64,000 nucleotides of DNA from a phage, in sequence record PZ452611.1; one strand, written 5' to 3'. Shown in pieces: positions 9,801 through 18,303 of this stretch. A model generated the notes under the pieces. It did not search any database. It was not told the origin of the DNA and saw only the letters and a list, made by a program, of their open reading frames with translations. Each line of letters starts with the position of its first letter. Within the stretch, counting starts at the first letter, position 1. Made by a program: the position numbers and the translations under genes.

Positions 9801-12530
9801 ATAATTCCAGGGCCTGAAACTTTAGGTAACGCTGTCGACCCCTATATCATCATGAGTGATCTAAGATCGAACATGGATGGAACATCCATATCTATGCAAG
9901 TTCCGGTAACAAACGGATACAAGCGTGTTGTGATGATCATTAAGTGCGATCTGATAGGTAAGCAAGTTCTTGCAGAGAACGGAACTTCCACCCACCTATT
10001 TGAGACTGCTCTGCACTATCAGTTTGCTGATTCACCTTTTGCAGGGGATAAGAGAATATCTGACACAGACGCTGTGCGATGCAAGAAATTTATGCTAGGT
10101 GGTGGGTGGTGGTGGTATGAATTTGACTTAACAGACAAATTCACCGACACATCTAAAGTGGTGACAGGACTTCGTCTAGACCTGGGTGAGAACATGCATA
10201 AAAGTGTTTGTGATGGCACCTACGGTGATCCTACGGTATACTTGAAGTATGTTTCTTTTGAGCACCCTGAAGATGTTGTTTATGGTCCAAAACTGAGGCT
10301 GTTTGGCAATTGGATTGCTAAAGACAGAGAAGGGATGGGTAGGAAGGTAAGAGGCTTCCTGGTCGATGCTGGCACAGAGGATATGCTGGTGAATGCGGTG
10401 TGGCCTGAATTACCGGGAACTCAGTGGGACAATTCTGCTAAGTCTATAAACTGGTTCAATATCCACAGAGCTATGTGGGCAACTAACTGCTATCTGTGGA
10501 AAGAGTTGAATGACGGCGCTTTCGGGTTTACTGGTGGCAGAAGAATGGCAATCATTTGCTGGACAACGCTGCAGAGATGTTATGACCATGACTATGAGAT
10601 TGGAGGCAGGGCATGGAAAAATATAAGGGATAGAATCATAACTAACTTTGCAGATCCTAACGGTGGCGGGGCGTATGGTTTCGACTGCAGCAGACTTATC
10701 CATTTGAACGGATCTTCGGCCTATAAGAAAGAAGGCTACTCCGGGTCCATGATTGAATGGGGCTTGGTAAAAGATGCTCGTGTGTTGATGGGTCAGCAAC
10801 TTGCTGCTGCAATAGGACCGAACGCAGTACAATCTGTTAAACCAGCGTGGTTCGATATCCCATTATGGTCCTCTGGAACACCAGGAACTGCTGCAATCAA
10901 CCCTACCACTGGGGATCTGGAAATCTCCTGGGAGGACTTGAAGCAGGTTGGTGGCTGGGATAAGACAGGGTACCAGGTGCAATGGTGGAGAGCTGACGGA
11001 TCTTTAGCCGCTGAGGAGTTTGTTAAGGACAATTTCTACACCATGTCCTCTGCAAAAGCACAGGAATTGTTCGGTCAGGCAGCTCCGTCAACGATCACCA
11101 TGTCTATGTGCTGTAAAGACAACAGGACTGGAGCTTTGGGGCCAAGGGTTGCTAAGGTTTTCTCAGGTATTAAATGGAATCTCCCTGTTCAAAGTGTTTC
11201 ATGGAAGCAAATAGGTGATAACAAGCTGCTGGTTACCCCCGCCTGTCAGTTCAACGCAACTCTTAACGTTGATCCTGCTGTTGCGGCAAACTCAGCTAAA
11301 GCTTCTGACTTCTCTGTGTCTAACACTGCTATGGCAGATGTGAGGAAGATTGACACACTGAACGCCAGAATTACCTGTAAAAACACTTATGGCACATTCC
11401 AGATTATCAACAACTTCACAGATGCTGATTCTAAGGTAGTGAGGACAGCAAGCCAGACTCTGAGTTTAGGAACTCTGGCCTATGCGGCCCTGATCACTGA
11501 ACAGTCGGCAACACTCCAAGGAGGTGGCGTAGGTAAATCTATTGCAACACCAGTATGGAAGCCAAATGAGTGGGTTGTATTTGATCTGGCTGTTGACTTC
11601 TCTAGCGATAATAACTGGACGTGGGTAAGGAATTGCTTACCTCAATTGATGGGTGGTCCAAGCTCTGTCAGCGATAGCCACGATTCTACTGACCCCAGCG
11701 TGTTCCAGGTTGGTAAAACTCACCCAGAGACGGGAGCAACGTTGCCTGACAGGAAGTATGCTTTGGTTTGCATCTCTTACGGAAAAGCAGATGTCACCTT
11801 CTCAGGGACACACACTTATAACGGAACTTACAACTTCTCAAGGAAGTATAGTCTCAAAGCAGGGAACATTATAGACGAGGTTGGTGTGCTGTATAATCCG
11901 GGCAACGGCATAGGGATTGTTGGTGGTAAACTGCAGATGCAGGAACCTTCTATTACCCCTTCCAACGTAGCCGGGATTAGAAAGACTTGGGAAAGTAGTA
12001 ATACCAACATTGCAACAGTGGATGCCACCACAGGACTGGTAACATTTAAAGCTACTGGGAATGTCACCATAAAGTTTGTAGTTACTGATGATGCAGGGCG
12101 CAAAACGTCTTCAACATCTTTTACTGTCAAACAGATGGCACCACAGTGGAGAATGTGGATAGGTACAGCAACAAACGGGGCATACCCTAATCCGGCAGGT
12201 ACTTCTGGTATGAAGACTTTCTCTACAAGCAAACCGATGGAGTACGGCAGCGGTCCTAAGGTAGGGCAGATGGTGTACTTTGGTGCGTATATTCCTGAAA
12301 TTATAGGGCTTCCGAGAAGTCAGCTTCAGTTGCTGTTTGGGGCTGGTGTTGACGATCTTGCCACTTTCGGGTATAGCGACAACATCGAGGCTGCAAGGAG
12401 TTCAGGATGGGTAGGGTTCAGAATGGAGTCTGGAAAGGAAGGCAGGATTCTAGGGACAGCCTCTATAGGTGTTATGTTCCCTGGTGACCAGCAGTATCGT
12501 CTAGAAGCCTACGCAACCTTTTCTCGTTAA
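6894..12530 (+). CDS. large virion-associated protein with Ig-like (Big_2-type) domain; putative tail/adhesin protein
   Basis: 1878-aa ORF; C-terminal segment ...IRKTWESSNTNIATVDATTGLVTFKATGNVTIKFVVTDDAGRKTSSTSFTV matches bacterial Ig-like group 2 pattern; N-terminal region has repeated G-x-x-G beta-propeller-like repeats (tentative); follows fibre genes. Confidence 0.65.
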   Translation: MLPIPLLKLGRHFLDKRGGIKELAVLSYPIDNSDGTSNTVSYVNSLAILFDDGQLNITGYNRFGECRTGDLDTINYPNEAAWNVDHVWRADRAFVIRTFDNKFFYIGCTAGLIGSEAAGGNDVCVREWTPLPEQIVTGLHLDTHPERLVEVMGGVNNTVWVIAAPEADGMLHLYGSGNNTYGSLHVDKSQHATPVKIGETSESPETGPWKNPRINCEVHDNSVIFGGPNGFWIAGYDFLRNNSKNTLVYPAEHVTLDQFKGIPVGETWKGFMCGPNGAIIATERMHKPDDQQLVNVFYGQDVWGDDTWRSLNITYTHEVIMARGYGTSGIFFNNGTKQYRGFSRNLCNDIGAQSANNSPRANFIHYRALATAKFVEQTEPVSWTESVYFQGIHREGFLGTFCVVNGKLWWSGIPRGSFSGSNNLFGGRLNSQGFTEIPENWYKNVPVDSWGIEDIFDVNGVSNVSNIYIGDTVKMKLKPQPEGATFIIDKIELVNAAGTVVTDANYQFSTNWNHGGANEVVVTQYNRNINRRGLYSIKITYHDKHGTGRTYTTRTLNWNTIVPAYPSNGKWHTVGRNKQFHVNDTVYFGLNGTQPAVEGDTSYMVRLHRMDAGSVTYDVTQEIYDQRRNTYNNLVQTQAVWEFNPNGRGGKMLQVNEQNGTSLTVHEHPDPWPDPGKPHPGARTLKIVSHDVGYFGIRWEATVRYADGTTNNIGITLGGTSEDNSLKIAYTPRGISIDNMDVVRNGYGDVNVKVTLGEHLGGERIIMYAFDHDPRTNGTYANQAWSYLINAPEPNTKEFYYGMKRDVCKKTGTHDWIAICVKDERTAWDEPVNRWFIGIPTRSDKYVAEYIVCMGGTNLNMCWNEDVNKYSDYDYMRDYSCNLWFNQTTGYPPRQARVNPAIFTDTQVFLTKQANEVQTFKNKYDPNKWFYNCYGAFFWGPGELPGGGSCFEAATYASDRFMGQVKKYKIIPGPETLGNAVDPYIIMSDLRSNMDGTSISMQVPVTNGYKRVVMIIKCDLIGKQVLAENGTSTHLFETALHYQFADSPFAGDKRISDTDAVRCKKFMLGGGWWWYEFDLTDKFTDTSKVVTGLRLDLGENMHKSVCDGTYGDPTVYLKYVSFEHPEDVVYGPKLRLFGNWIAKDREGMGRKVRGFLVDAGTEDMLVNAVWPELPGTQWDNSAKSINWFNIHRAMWATNCYLWKELNDGAFGFTGGRRMAIICWTTLQRCYDHDYEIGGRAWKNIRDRIITNFADPNGGGAYGFDCSRLIHLNGSSAYKKEGYSGSMIEWGLVKDARVLMGQQLAAAIGPNAVQSVKPAWFDIPLWSSGTPGTAAINPTTGDLEISWEDLKQVGGWDKTGYQVQWWRADGSLAAEEFVKDNFYTMSSAKAQELFGQAAPSTITMSMCCKDNRTGALGPRVAKVFSGIKWNLPVQSVSWKQIGDNKLLVTPACQFNATLNVDPAVAANSAKASDFSVSNTAMADVRKIDTLNARITCKNTYGTFQIINNFTDADSKVVRTASQTLSLGTLAYAALITEQSATLQGGGVGKSIATPVWKPNEWVVFDLAVDFSSDNNWTWVRNCLPQLMGGPSSVSDSHDSTDPSVFQVGKTHPETGATLPDRKYALVCISYGKADVTFSGTHTYNGTYNFSRKYSLKAGNIIDEVGVLYNPGNGIGIVGGKLQMQEPSITPSNVAGIRKTWESSNTNIATVDATTGLVTFKATGNVTIKFVVTDDAGRKTSSTSFTVKQMAPQWRMWIGTATNGAYPNPAGTSGMKTFSTSKPMEYGSGPKVGQMVYFGAYIPEIIGLPRSQLQLLFGAGVDDLATFGYSDNIEAARSSGWVGFRMESGKEGRILGTASIGVMFPGDQQYRLEAYATFSR

Positions 12531-12545
12531 CAAGAGGGGGTAAAT

Positions 12546-12578
12546 AAAAAGGGGCCAAACGGCCCCTTTCTTTTTATA
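12546..12578. terminator. putative bidirectional intrinsic terminator
   Basis: AAAAAGGGGCC-aaac-GGCCCCTTTCTTTTT palindrome flanked by A-tract and T-tract, between convergent ORFs (6894-12530 + and 12580-12780 -). Confidence 0.65.
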
Positions 12579-12579
12579 G

Positions 12580-12780
12580 TTAGTAATACTCCCAACATGC
12601 ACCATCTTCAGACGGCTTGACGCGCTTACCTTTATGGTCAACATAGGTATAGCCACAACCTTCACAAATAACAGGTGCTGCATAGCCTTCCTTCCACTGA
12701 TCCTCAGTGATCAGACCTTCCAAATCTTTGCAGTCAAAGCCAAACAACTCTTCAGAGCAATCTTTACAAAAATCAGCCAT
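12580..12780 (-). CDS. small Cys-rich (zinc-ribbon-like) protein
   Basis: 66-aa ORF with CxxC ... CxxC spacing (CKDC ... CEGC). Confidence 0.45.
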   Translation of the reverse strand: MADFCKDCSEELFGFDCKDLEGLITEDQWKEGYAAPVICEGCGYTYVDHKGKRVKPSEDGACWEYY

Positions 12781-12783
12781 TTC

Positions 12784-13191
12784 TCAGTCCTCGCATTTAA
12801 CAAATTTTTCTACAGATCCACCAAGCACAGCTTGTTGTTTGATGGCACTTTCTTCATCATAGTGGATAGACTTATGTTCCGTACCTCCAAACTTACCTGT
12901 GTGGAAGGTGTGCACCCAAATCTCTTTAGGAAGGGATTTATTCTCTTCTTCCACCAACTCCCACATTCCCCATAAGTGATCTGTGATATCTCTGATGAAA
13001 TATCCCTCGCCGAGGTTTGTATTCACACTATAAGCTGATTCGTGATCTCCACAAATATAACGGAAGGCTGTGTACTCTTTACCTGGTGTGAAGTGGGTAT
13101 CCATTAGTATAGCTGTTAAAGAATAAGGGTCTCGAAAGCCCAAGAACTTTAGTTTAACAATTTCGACATTCACACTTGCAAGATTCTCCAT
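12784..13191 (-). CDS. hypothetical protein
   Basis: 135-aa ORF, tightly packed with neighbours on - strand. Confidence 0.45.
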   Translation of the reverse strand: MENLASVNVEIVKLKFLGFRDPYSLTAILMDTHFTPGKEYTAFRYICGDHESAYSVNTNLGEGYFIRDITDHLWGMWELVEEENKSLPKEIWVHTFHTGKFGGTEHKSIHYDEESAIKQQAVLGGSVEKFVKCED

Positions 13192-13354
13192 GGCAGTCTC
13201 CTCTGTTTGGTTGGTGAGATAATCCTATACAAATCTATTGTTGGTGTCAAGCTTAATTTTAAGAGATCTGAGAGGGTATTTTATTCAGGAAGGTAATCGC
13301 ACAGGGTGGGGCAATTTATGAAGGCACAGGCCTCGTTTGAGGCCTTAAATTCTA

Positions 13355-13735
13355 TTATGACACTTTGACATAGCGCTCTGACAAAGCTGGGAAGCCAAAA
13401 GTAGTGCCTATACTACCATAGGCTATCCACCATTGAAGTTCATCGTGACACCATTTTCCGATCAGGAAGGTGCTGGGATAGCGGGTCAGTATTTTGGCAT
13501 AAGCTTTAGGATCTGCATCTTCTGGGATAATGATGCTTGGAACATCTTTGTTATGACCACAGCAGCAGTTTAGCGTTTTCAAACCTGCTGCCCACAAACT
13601 CATGATAGGCTTAGCCATACACTTATCAAGGCACACACGTTTTTTGCCGTCACGAAGATTTTTAGGCACATCAACGACAACATTTGGGCGCTTGGCACCT
13701 TTAACTTTCCAATTATAAGATTTACACTTGCACAT
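13355..13735 (-). CDS. hypothetical Cys-rich protein
   Basis: 126-aa ORF; multiple Cys clusters (CKCK, NCCCGHN). Confidence 0.45.
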   Translation of the reverse strand: MCKCKSYNWKVKGAKRPNVVVDVPKNLRDGKKRVCLDKCMAKPIMSLWAAGLKTLNCCCGHNKDVPSIIIPEDADPKAYAKILTRYPSTFLIGKWCHDELQWWIAYGSIGTTFGFPALSERYVKVS

Positions 13736-13961
13736 TTAATCAGTCTCCGTCTAGAAAGCCGCACTATACGTTTTTGAGGTATATTTTACTTAAAGTCTTT
13801 ATCACCTGCCACGATTGCATGAATCCACTCATTGTGATGCTCAATAGCGGTGAGATGTAACATGATGTGGTGATCGTCATTGCCAAACATGATATGATAG
13901 GCTTTGGCAGCATTTTGATATAACTTCCACATCAGGTAATGATATCTTCGCCTCATGGCTC

Positions 13962-14432
13962 TTACTCCGGTTCAGGATCTGGGTAATCTTCAATAATAAA
14001 GGGCCATCCGTTCCGCTTAGCCGCAGACTTATACTCTATCTCCTTCATTGCAAACTCTAACTGATTCTTAGCCGGAATACATGCCGGAGAATCATCAATC
14101 CAGATATCTGGGTAGATATCAAACTGCGCCAAGTAGGCTGCCTTCTGCACACCGCCTGTGTAGAACACACCTACGTCCAACTCCTTGCGCCAATACTCAA
14201 TGTCTACGTTGTCTTGAGTGATGAATCGGAAAGTCACAAGGTAGACTGTCCACCCCTCCTTCTTCAGATCCCTGATCAGGCGGGAGAAGATGAAAGGGCT
14301 CGCATTAAACGTTCCATCAAAGTCAATGGCAATGATGTGCGTGCCGTGGCGAGTCTCATACGGATTGCTTGTGGTAAGATTGCTGTAGTTAAAAGGAACT
14401 TCTTCCCCGCAGTAGCTGTAGTCCATATTCAC
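13962..14432 (-). CDS. HAD-superfamily phosphatase-like protein (possible nucleotidase)
   Basis: 156-aa ORF with HAD motif I (IIAIDFDGTF, DxDGT) and C-terminal WIDDSP acidic motif. Confidence 0.55.
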   Translation of the reverse strand: MNMDYSYCGEEVPFNYSNLTTSNPYETRHGTHIIAIDFDGTFNASPFIFSRLIRDLKKEGWTVYLVTFRFITQDNVDIEYWRKELDVGVFYTGGVQKAAYLAQFDIYPDIWIDDSPACIPAKNQLEFAMKEIEYKSAAKRNGWPFIIEDYPDPEPE

Positions 14433-14704
14433 ACCTTCTCGTTGATAAATTTACGGGCGGTTTGGTGAGTTGTTTCTGCCGTCTTCAGAATGATATTAAT
14501 TTTATTGTCAAGATCATTCATCTCTGCAGTTAATTCAGGAATCTCCCCGGCATGCATAGTGAAATCATACATAGACATGCCCAAGATCTCATTGATTCGG
14601 CGGTTGCATTCTGCAGCACGCTGGTTCATTTTCCAAGCTAACACCAAAGCCTCTTGCGTAGCCTCCAGTGCAAAATCTAATACGTCAGCTTCTTCTTTCG
14701 TCAT
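14429..14704 (-). CDS. hypothetical protein
   Basis: 91-aa ORF overlapping stop/start with neighbours (operon-like packing). Confidence 0.4.
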   Translation of the reverse strand: MTKEEADVLDFALEATQEALVLAWKMNQRAAECNRRINEILGMSMYDFTMHAGEIPELTAEMNDLDNKINIILKTAETTHQTARKFINEKV

Positions 14705-14761
14705 CTCAGTCTCTCTTGTTGTATTGTTGGTAGGTGCATGAACACCTTATAACTCACCTTT

Positions 14762-15328
14762 TTATTCAAACTGCAATAGTAAGTCCACCACCGCGCTAGG
14801 TCTGTCAACAAATTCCCCAGGTCCACATGCCCACAGAGGGTATCCGTCCACATACCGCCAAATCCAACCTGCAGTGTGGAGTTCGAGCAGGGCAGTACCG
14901 TCCTTACTGTCAACCACTCTTTCCCACAGTGTTGGGCAGCGAAGCTTGAGAATCGGATCACCTCCCTTATACCCGTCCATGTAGATACCCATTGCAAAGT
15001 TCAGCATCATCTTTTTGTGCACTGATCTCTTACTGAGGGTGCTCATCACTTCCTCTTTGTGAATGTTTGTAAGCTTCTCTTTGGCTACCCGCAGATCGTT
15101 GCAACCATTGTTCAGCAGATCTTCCAGACACTTGATCCGGAGGTCGTGAATGTCTTTGTCGTGTACCGTTGGCACAGGGTCGTAGCGGTATAGCACTGTT
15201 GATACAAGGTTGCTCGGGTGTGGGTCTGACAGCAACCCATAACCCCAATACTCTTCTGTATCTGAAAGGACAAGACACCCAATGTCTCTGTCAAGCTTTC
15301 CTGTGTTGTAAGCCACATTGACCGCCAT
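14762..15328 (-). CDS. hypothetical protein
   Basis: 188-aa ORF on - strand. Confidence 0.45.
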   Translation of the reverse strand: MAVNVAYNTGKLDRDIGCLVLSDTEEYWGYGLLSDPHPSNLVSTVLYRYDPVPTVHDKDIHDLRIKCLEDLLNNGCNDLRVAKEKLTNIHKEEVMSTLSKRSVHKKMMLNFAMGIYMDGYKGGDPILKLRCPTLWERVVDSKDGTALLELHTAGWIWRYVDGYPLWACGPGEFVDRPSAVVDLLLQFE

Positions 15329-15330
15329 GA

Positions 15331-15576
15331 CTATAGCTCCACTAGCAAAGTGCTTTCAAAGTGCCGTTCATGCAGACCGTTGTAAGGGACCACTTCCACA
15401 ACACCATCACGGACATACGGGGCCATCATAGTGGTATAATCTCCAAACGGGTTGGTATTGTCACTAACCACAACCACCTTCTGCCCTTCCTTGGCAGAGT
15501 GCCAAATAGATCTACACTTCATCAGGTGTTCGAGAGCTCCAGGTAAAATTTTGTTACGTTCTTTACGGGTCTTCAT
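15331..15576 (-). CDS. hypothetical protein
   Basis: 81-aa ORF, 4-nt overlap with upstream gene. Confidence 0.4.
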   Translation of the reverse strand: MKTRKERNKILPGALEHLMKCRSIWHSAKEGQKVVVVSDNTNPFGDYTTMMAPYVRDGVVEVVPYNGLHERHFESTLLVEL

Positions 15577-16022
15577 AACAGATATAGCTCCTTATGAAAG
15601 TGGTCTTTTAATTTCTCACTGAGAAACTTCTTGATACCTTCCTCTAAAGTGTTTTCGATGTAGTCCAGCTTAGCTGCTTCGATGGACATATCATAGATTG
15701 CCAGCTCTAAGCTGTCAAGTCCCATCATAGCATGAACCATAAGATTTTCATCTTCAGATACATTCAGGGGACTTCCTATAACATCTGGAGGCAGAATAGT
15801 TTCCCAATTATTCTGGGTGGTAGTTCTCCCGCCATCTACTTTACGGCGCAGTTCGAATGTGTTCTTAGTGTAGAACACTTCATAAGAAACGATACGACTG
15901 TCACTCTCATAATAAACGAAGTTCAGGTAGGAGCCTAGCCGCAGTCGGCAAACTTCCACCCCAAACCATTGTTTCTTATAAGAATTCAGGCTAATGCTGT
16001 CGCATTCACGTTTGCTCAACAC
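15573..16022 (-). CDS. hypothetical protein
   Basis: 149-aa ORF on - strand. Confidence 0.45.
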   Translation of the reverse strand: MLSKRECDSISLNSYKKQWFGVEVCRLRLGSYLNFVYYESDSRIVSYEVFYTKNTFELRRKVDGGRTTTQNNWETILPPDVIGSPLNVSEDENLMVHAMMGLDSLELAIYDMSIEAAKLDYIENTLEEGIKKFLSEKLKDHFHKELYLL

Positions 16023-16038
16023 GGCTATCTCCTTTTTG

Positions 16039-16272
16039 TTAATCTTCGTAAATCAGGATTTCTGCTTTAGGTTTTCGTGCTTTCAGGTCCAGCTCTATCC
16101 AGTGCACCATAGCTGTTTCAAGAAAAACAGCTTGGATGCATCCGTCCTCAGCGTGCCCCACCAACATAACGAGATCTTCACCTTCGTCATCTGCATCACG
16201 AACATAAAGAATCTCTCCAGATTCGAAGTCTTTCACAACCTGATTGCTGGATAATTTACGAATTTTTGCCAT
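16039..16272 (-). CDS. hypothetical protein
   Basis: 77-aa ORF. Confidence 0.4.
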   Translation of the reverse strand: MAKIRKLSSNQVVKDFESGEILYVRDADDEGEDLVMLVGHAEDGCIQAVFLETAMVHWIELDLKARKPKAEILIYED

Positions 16273-16273
16273 A

Positions 16274-16537
16274 TCAGAAACCCTCTAAAAAGCTCTTGTA
16301 GAAAATAATTTCAGTGTCCACACCTGTCACGATCTTATCGTTTCGGATCTCATCTGTGAGGTAGGTATCGAAACGTAGTACTTGTGTGGTATTGTCACAC
16401 ATCCACTCAGCTGTGACCATTGCGAAAATCTTAGCATCTTCATTATCTGGTGTGAATGTTACCACCTCGCCGCACTTAAACTTTTCGATAGGTTGAGTGT
16501 TAGCTTTCGGTTCTGCGATAGTGATTTTCGTGGTCAT
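16274..16537 (-). CDS. hypothetical protein
   Basis: 87-aa ORF. Confidence 0.4.
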   Translation of the reverse strand: MTTKITIAEPKANTQPIEKFKCGEVVTFTPDNEDAKIFAMVTAEWMCDNTTQVLRFDTYLTDEIRNDKIVTGVDTEIIFYKSFLEGF

Positions 16538-16803
16538 TACTCTTCCTCCATAGTTTCACCAAATACTTCGATACGAGCATCGAGCTCGGTTGCTTTCAGC
16601 TCCCCAACAAAATCTTTTAGTTCTTTCTCGTCCAGATCGTAAGCCCACACACAAGAAGAACATGCAGATTTCACAATCAGCAGCGTAGATACACGGCCTG
16701 ACTCTGTGATCATGCTCACAATGGTTCCAACAGGGAACGTGTTGATAGCTTTTTTAACTGGTCGTTCAGCTTTGATTACTACCTCTGTTGCCATAAATAA
16801 CAT
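16537..16803 (-). CDS. hypothetical protein
   Basis: 88-aa ORF. Confidence 0.4.
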   Translation of the reverse strand: MLFMATEVVIKAERPVKKAINTFPVGTIVSMITESGRVSTLLIVKSACSSCVWAYDLDEKELKDFVGELKATELDARIEVFGETMEEE

Positions 16804-16809
16804 CCTCTC

Positions 16810-18291
16810 TTACTTAGCGTACTCAATTAATTCCACAGTTTTCCCAAAGCTCGGGATATAATTTTTATTATACCCCTCGGTGAGAACCCATAAAGTATCG
16901 TACTTTTTCCACTTGTTGTCAACAGCCTTTTGTTCAAAGTTATGCTCAAAGTATAGGTCTGTCAATACGATGACATCTTTTGCATTCGGTATGTTGGCAT
17001 CCAGATACTCGAACACGCAAGCAGCTGTTGTGCCCCATGTTGAGTGGACCTCATAGTTGATCATCTCATCTATGTTACCGCGAGTGTATACTTTAACCTC
17101 TCCAACCTCAGTTGACCAACAGAACATTGTAACCTTAAACTCTTTATACAGATTGCACAATCCGGTGATTTCATTGAACATTTTCTTTAAAGTTCTTTGA
17201 GAGATCGAGCCAGAAACGTCTAAAGCTACCACAATATCTATGGTGTTTTCCGGATTACGACCAGGAACAATAACGTGCTGGTTCTTGTTTATAGCCCCAA
17301 CTTTTCGCATTGTGCTGGTCAAAGACCCAGATCGGCGACCAGGTTTTCTGTAGGTCAGTTCAGCCTTTCGTTTAGACAACATGCGTTGCTTGATGATGTC
17401 TATATAATTGATTACAGGCTTACCTTTATTCTTGACAAACTCACGAACCGCCTCAGGGCAACGGCCTCCGGAAGCTTGCATTGCTGCCTCCAGCATGTCA
17501 CCAGAGTCCTGCATGGCCTGATCTTTATCAGATTGACTGATTACAGGTTGTGGCTGATCATACCCCATAGCCTTTCCAAGATCATCACTGGTGCCACCGT
17601 TACCACTCATGTGATCATCGGTTTGTCGCTTATCTCCTTGAGAGTTCTCACCTTTACCGCTCTTACTTTTACCGTTATTCTGATCTCTTTGCTTATCAAG
17701 AACTGCATAGACGTTCTCAGCAATCCATCCATGAAACTTCATGTCGCAGTAGCAGCTGGCTAAGAATCCAAAAGGCTTACCTTTCACGAACGTAGTGCTT
17801 TTCCCCTTCGGGAAGAAAACACAAGGGGGCTTGCTAAAGTCAACCACAAGACCTGTGTTGATAACGTGATCACAAGCAATATTGAACAGTTCCGGCTCAA
17901 AGCTTTTACCACGGACCAGGTGATCACAGATAATATGTCCCACCTCATGTGACAGAAGGAAGGCCACCTCTTTCACAGATTTTGGGGAATAGAAAACTTC
18001 AGCCATCTCAAACTGCTCGTCAGTTAGAGAAGCCTTAAGAATAGCCTTGCGTTCATCAGCCAATCCCATAATGAACTCAGGACTGTAATAAATGCGTTTA
18101 TGGTCGGTTGCCATGGTGGAGCACCATGTGTGGTTTTCTACGAACTGCAACCCTGACAGTAGTGTGCCATAAAACGGCAGCTTTTCAAGGAGATACATAC
18201 GTGCAGCCTGCAACATTCTCAGGGCATCATCTTTCTGTGAGGCAATAATTTCTGAACTTCTGCTATCCATTAAAACTCCAGAAGGGGCCAT
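16810..18291 (-). CDS. vWA-domain protein with N-terminal HExxH metallopeptidase-like domain
   Basis: 493-aa ORF; HEVGHIICDH (HExxH zinc-binding motif) in N-terminal half; C-terminal VVALDVSGSIS (DxSxS MIDAS motif of von Willebrand A domains). Confidence 0.6.
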   Translation of the reverse strand: MAPSGVLMDSRSSEIIASQKDDALRMLQAARMYLLEKLPFYGTLLSGLQFVENHTWCSTMATDHKRIYYSPEFIMGLADERKAILKASLTDEQFEMAEVFYSPKSVKEVAFLLSHEVGHIICDHLVRGKSFEPELFNIACDHVINTGLVVDFSKPPCVFFPKGKSTTFVKGKPFGFLASCYCDMKFHGWIAENVYAVLDKQRDQNNGKSKSGKGENSQGDKRQTDDHMSGNGGTSDDLGKAMGYDQPQPVISQSDKDQAMQDSGDMLEAAMQASGGRCPEAVREFVKNKGKPVINYIDIIKQRMLSKRKAELTYRKPGRRSGSLTSTMRKVGAINKNQHVIVPGRNPENTIDIVVALDVSGSISQRTLKKMFNEITGLCNLYKEFKVTMFCWSTEVGEVKVYTRGNIDEMINYEVHSTWGTTAACVFEYLDANIPNAKDVIVLTDLYFEHNFEQKAVDNKWKKYDTLWVLTEGYNKNYIPSFGKTVELIEYAK

Positions 18292-18303
18292 TGGCCCCTG
18301 TCA

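Noticed and set aside
7029-12232. Numerous minus-strand ORFs (e.g. 7029-7550, 8148-8717, 10410-10832, 11828-12232) inside the 1878-aa gene
   Set aside because: Entirely embedded antisense to a long, RBS-supported ORF; no RBS; compositionally odd translations; treated as shadow ORFs.
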